In this document: positions 59,601 through 63,737 of the stretch, one piece after another | How positions within the stretch are numbered: the stretch's first letter is position 1 | How the letters are laid out: each line of letters starts with the position of its first letter | Assembly: GCA_020726185.1 (NCBI GenBank) | Contig: DYTB01000005.1 | Coordinates: 1 to 63,737 of the forward strand | Reading direction: 5' to 3' | DNA length: 63,737 bases | Source of the DNA: Candidatus Odyssella sp. | GTDB lineage: Bacteria > Pseudomonadota > Alphaproteobacteria > Paracaedibacterales > CAITNM01 | Position numbers and translations under genes: made by a program | The notes under the pieces: generated by a model | Databases searched by the model: none | The model's input: the letters and a program-made list of their open reading frames with translations, nothing else | Told to the model about the DNA's origin: nothing

Positions 59601-61028
59601 TCATAAATAACCAGCTTCTTGCCAACGGGGCGCCTTATCGTGATAGAACTGGGTTTGGGTCCTGGCATAGGGTAAGCCACCTAAAGCGTAAAATAACGCA
59701 TCAATGCAGTGGTCATTCTTCTTTAAAATTAAGCCATTATCATCTCTAGCATACTGCCGCCATTCGGTTACCAGGTGACGACAGCCCATGCCTTTAGTGC
59801 TGGAGATGATCTTGAAACGATCACCTCTGACCCGCTCATAAATCTCATCAATCGTTGCTTCTTTAGTGTTATTGGCCTTGTGGGCTTTCACCAGATACAA
59901 TCCGGAACGGTTTGCTAAAAAATCAATGGTCTTTTCTTTGGTGTGCATGTTTTCACCAGCCCCCGCAGGGTCAACCATGCCAGTACACCACTCAGGTATC
60001 ATTCTTGAAATATTACTTGCGTGTTCTGTAGGTGTAGCATTACTCAGCTTATAATCGGCAACCGCATAGACAATATCTTTGTCGCGGTCATGGGCAAGCA
60101 GTACGGCACCCCAAGTACCACCCGAAGAAGCGGAGGGATCAAGTCCATAAACCCGGGCAAAATGATTGGGAATTTCAAAGGGCTCTACAAAAATTTCTGA
60201 TTCCAGCATGGTAAAGACTTTGCCTTGACCAAACACTGGGATCCCATGTTCGCGCGCTTCAAGTTGCCACGAGGGTACGGATTTACGTAACCGCTCACGT
60301 TCTTCTGATTTAAGGTGAGGATTGTCAGCCCAACTGGCCATAATGTAACAGCGCCCATTACTAATTTCACCTTCAGATGCATTATCTAAAAAGTGCGTAA
60401 TCAGCTCATCCTTACCACGCTCCGGCCACATCGAGACCACCAAAAAGGTTTTTTCACTATCAAAGGAGGTGGTGCGCATTAGGGCTTCTTGATAGACCCT
60501 AAAGTTAGGCACTTCATCAAGGTGGATAAAATCAGCTTTCACCCCTTGAAAGGAGGATTCTCCTTGTTGAAAGGCCTTGAACTTCAGCTCAGAGACCCCA
60601 CCTGAAATGTGATGAATCCTGACCGTATCCCAAGCCCCAGCAATTGTCGTATGGGTTTTGCCCTCAATATAACTCTCATGCAAAATTGCTGGCATCGACT
60701 CATCAATATCACCAACAAAGAGTTTCTTCTGCAAAATATCGCGGGTGTCTTTCAAACTAATCGAGGCTGAGATTGCATTAATCGGGCGGGTGAAGCGATA
60801 GCCCTGCCACCATTTAGGATAATTACCTGTTAAGTGCATGGCGAGCTCCATACAGACAGCATTGGTCTTACCGGTGCGGTTACCGCCAAGAAACAAACGT
60901 TCACCTGCACTGGTACCAGCTTGATGAAAGGCCTGTTGTTTAAGGGTGGGCTCATAAAAGACAAACTGTCTTAGCAGGGTTATCGCCAATTTATCCGCAG
61001 CATCAGCATCGATCATTAACTTTCTCAA
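59601..61028 (-). CDS. terL: Terminase large subunit
   Basis: LFLGGNRTGKT Walker A; FIHLDEVP Walker B; YGLDP nuclease motif; KKNDHCIDALFY. Confidence 0.9.
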   Translation of the reverse strand: MRKLMIDADAADKLAITLLRQFVFYEPTLKQQAFHQAGTSAGERLFLGGNRTGKTNAVCMELAMHLTGNYPKWWQGYRFTRPINAISASISLKDTRDILQKKLFVGDIDESMPAILHESYIEGKTHTTIAGAWDTVRIHHISGGVSELKFKAFQQGESSFQGVKADFIHLDEVPNFRVYQEALMRTTSFDSEKTFLVVSMWPERGKDELITHFLDNASEGEISNGRCYIMASWADNPHLKSEERERLRKSVPSWQLEAREHGIPVFGQGKVFTMLESEIFVEPFEIPNHFARVYGLDPSASSGGTWGAVLLAHDRDKDIVYAVADYKLSNATPTEHASNISRMIPEWCTGMVDPAGAGENMHTKEKTIDFLANRSGLYLVKAHKANNTKEATIDEIYERVRGDRFKIISSTKGMGCRHLVTEWRQYARDDNGLILKKNDHCIDALFYALGGLPYARTQTQFYHDKAPRWQEAGYL

Positions 61029-61433
61029 TTCAAAAAAATAATTAAAAGTCTAGGTTAATAATATGTCTAATAATCAGTTTTAACAAGTAATAATCAGAAA
61101 AATTTTGGCTATATTAAAACAACATCTGAATACTTCTATTTAAGCTTAAACCAATGGCTATAGCCATGCCTATCTATCTCCTGCCATGGTCAATGGTTGG
61201 GTGGCAGCATGCCCTCCTACCCCCCCATACCCATAGTATAAATAAATATTGAATACTGATAGCTGACCAGGTGTATCCGTAAATACTTATAAGCCACAAT
61301 TATTCAGGGCTTTATCGCTGACTAAATCAGTTACTTCGCCTTGTTAAGGCAATCGCTACTTAAGCTAAGCCTATGTATTTAGGGATTTTCAGGCGCATCG
61401 TCACCATTGGTCAGCGCATATGTTAGTGGATTG

Positions 61434-61709
61434 TTAGAAACTTTGCGAGTCATCGCTAGCATCTGCCTCAATAATCTCTATCTCGGTTTCAGTATTGCTA
61501 TCGGTATTAGTAGTGGTATTGGTAAACGCCGGAATGCCACGTTTACTCTTCAGCCACAGCTTTAAAAAGGTTTGCTGGTCTTCAGGGCTTAAGGCGCTGC
61601 TGAAGTTAAGGTTGATCTCGGTGTTTTCCTCCCTAGAAATTGCCACAAAGGTCCCAGGCTTGGGGTAGAAGTACTCCATGCATAGTTTGATAGCCCAAGG
61701 CTCCACCAC
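61434..61709 (-). pseudogene. Probable terminase small subunit, 5'-truncated
   Basis: VEPWAIKLCMEYFYPKP resembles the G-D/E-x-x-A-x-K-L motif of small terminases; upstream frame blocked by several stops; upstream of terL. Confidence 0.4.
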
Positions 61710-61915
61710 TGTGTGGTATTATGCTTATCTTCAACGCCCATGTTTTCAGCTATTCCTTATAAAAATTGAGTGGGTTTTGCGCTATTTTCTTAGGTGTTCG
61801 TCGTTATTTCCTGCTTTAAAGAATTCTGTAAACGAGTAAATCAATGCGCTTGGCTGCACGTCAGTTTTCATGGTAAATCTAGTGGTATAAATTTTAGCAT
61901 GAGAAATCTACCATC

Positions 61916-63175
61916 ATGACCTATACAGACAGCACTTTCCGTAACGCTAAGCCTAAAGACAAACCCTATAAACTTACTGACGAAAAAGGCATGTTCCTTC
62001 TCATCCAACCCAGCGGTAAAAAACACTGGCGTTTTCAGTATCGCTTTGCTGGAAAAATAAATACCTTATCTTTTGGTGCTTACCCTGAAGTTTCCTTGGT
62101 GGATGCACGTCAAAAACGAGAGGATGCTCGCAAGCTTTTGGCTGAAGGCGCAGATCCAGGGCATTTACGCAAACAAGCAAAACAAGAGCTGCTCATCCAG
62201 CATGAACATACCTTTGAGCTAATTGCTAGAGAATGGCACTCTAGAAGAGAAGAGGTGATTAATAATCGTCATTCTCAAAATATTTTAAATCGCTTTAAGA
62301 CTTAAGTTTTTCCTTTCATAGGAAATATGCCAATTACCAAAATTAATGCCGTCAATCTTTTGAGTATTTTACGTAAAATCGAGAAGCGTGGCACTCTGGA
62401 AACGGCACATCGAATCTTGCAAACCTGTGGCCAAGTGTTTCGCTATGCTATTGTTACAGGAAGAGCGGAGCGTGACATTTCGGCTGACCTGAGAGGAGCA
62501 TTGAAGCCGGCTGTACAAAGACATCATTCTCACCTTAAAGACACTGAATTACCTGAATTCCTTCAAAAGCTAGAAATTTATGATGGCTCTGACCTTACGC
62601 GTCATGCAATTCAGCTGCTTGCTATAACTTTTGTTCGTACAAATGAACTACGCAAAGCTACTTGGGATGAGATTAATTGGGCGACTTGCACATGGTCAAT
62701 TTCAGCTGAACGCATGAAAATGAAGAAACCGCATATGGTGCCACTTTCTCGTCAAGCTATGGATATATTGAAAGATTTGGAATCTAGACGTGTGGAGGCA
62801 AATCGTTATATTTTTCAAAATCATATTAATCCAGAAAAATGCATGAGCGAAAATACCATCCTCTACGCACTGTATCGTATGGGGTATCACTCAAGAGCAA
62901 CTGGTCATGGATTTCGTGCTACAGCATCAACAATTCTAAATGAACTGGGGTTTCGCAGTGATCTGATTGAACTGCAATTGGCTCATAGAGAAAAGAATGA
63001 AGTGCGGGCTGCCTACAACCATGCGGAATATCTGCCAGAACGATTTAAAATGATGCAGTGGTGGGCAGATTATTTAGATGCAGCAAAACAAGGGGTAACC
63101 GTGTTAGATTTCAAAAAACAGCTCTTTCCTGAAACTGAGGTGACTCATGCCCAACTCTTTGCATGCTACGGATAA
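61916..63175 (+). pseudogene. int: P4-family tyrosine integrase interrupted by in-frame TAA at 62303-62305
   Basis: KPYKLTDEKGMFLLIQPSG.K.WRFQYR; FVRTNELR, HGFR, QLAH, AYNH; junction NRFKT*VFPFIG in one frame. Confidence 0.88.
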
Positions 63176-63737
63176 TCTAGTTTTCCCTTTGGAATCTCTA
63201 GGAGCATTTCAAGAACCAGTCCAAGCCCTACAACAAGAATGCCAGGCTGCTCCGGAGATTTGCTTTGCCTCAGCGTTTATGGTGATTAACCATGCAGCCC
63301 AAGCCATTGCCAATGTTAAAATCGAAAACCGCACATCACCATTATCATGCTTCTTCATTACCGTTGCTGAATCTGGCGAACGTAAAACCTCCGCTGAAGA
63401 TATTACGCTAGTTGCTACTAAAGAGTATCAGGCAAGCTTAGAAAAAATCTATCAAGAGAATCTCAAACGATATCAGGTTGATGTTACTGTGACTGAGCTT
63501 GCCCGTAAAAAATCCTTGCTTCAAAAGATTCCATTGAAACCAAAACACAACAGCTACTAGAGTTATCCACACCCACTCCACCCAAGATTCCAAGACTAAT
63601 CACCAATGAACCAACCATGCAAGGGATTACCAGACTATTTCGAGAAGGATTCCCATTGATTCTGTTAACTTCTTCAGAGGGTGGCAGTTCTTTGGCAGTT
63701 ACGCCATGCAGCATGGTAATCAGCTGCACACATTAAC
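63147..63737 (+). pseudogene. YfjI/DUF3987-family protein, two frameshifts, truncated by the window end
   Basis: PLSCFFITVAESGERKTS; continues as RKKILASK...PRLITNEPTMQG...SEGG after +1 at A6 (63507-63512), and as QFFGSYAM after +1 near 63684. Confidence 0.7.

Larger units (their letters stand above)
44541..61709. mobile_element. Prophage, P22-like podoviral morphogenesis module plus integrase; right boundary not defined
   Basis: Integrase, ejection proteins, tail hub, capsid, scaffold, portal and terminase in P22 order; visibly less AT-rich than the host part. Confidence 0.85.
61860..63737 (+). mobile_element. Decayed P4-type integrative element (int + DUF3987/YfjI), continuing past the window
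   Basis: TGGTA/TACCA arm-like motifs at 61871-61913, then a P4-type int and a YfjI-like gene. Confidence 0.6.

Noticed and set aside
61720-61770. Weak similarity (GCTATTC, CAAC) to the pcm junction at 44541-44567 as a possible attR
   Set aside because: Too short and gapped, and no pcm N-terminal coding sequence is adjacent
1242-63729. Numerous 60-190 aa ORFs antisense or out of frame within assigned genes (e.g. 7244, 9580, 16475, 41272, 49209, 50928, 57402, 63484)
   Set aside because: Fully overlap well-supported genes and show no family motifs; expected shadows, especially opposite repeat-rich coding regions

Overview
AT-rich alphaproteobacterial chromosome segment, probably from a protist endosymbiont of the Holosporales type (inferred from gene order and content). 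It spans the likely replication origin. 1-44.5 kb is mostly core genes: lolA-like, trkA, ntrXY, hslO-rsmG-parAB with two perfect parS sites, tRNA-Tyr, a tssK-tssL-tssM-tssA type VI secretion operon, hemH/hemE next to a DnaA-box cluster (oriC), lnt, hemY-like/Mic60-like genes, an ABC transporter, comM, rnhA, a very divergent flagellar cluster and tolC. From about 44.5 kb a P22-like prophage morphogenesis module (integrase to terminase) sits inside a pcm gene. A decayed P4-type integrase/DUF3987 element follows and runs off the window. Most notable: (1) a mitochondrial-carrier-family-like protein; (2) five in-frame TAA codons interrupting otherwise continuous genes, one at the conserved Gln of ferrochelatase; (3) a mini-ORF built from tandem copies of the portal N-terminus; (4) a ~155-residue repeat insertion in FlgI; (5) integration into pcm. 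All family calls come from motif recognition by eye, not database searches. The TAA stops and three single-base frameshifts could be consensus errors.
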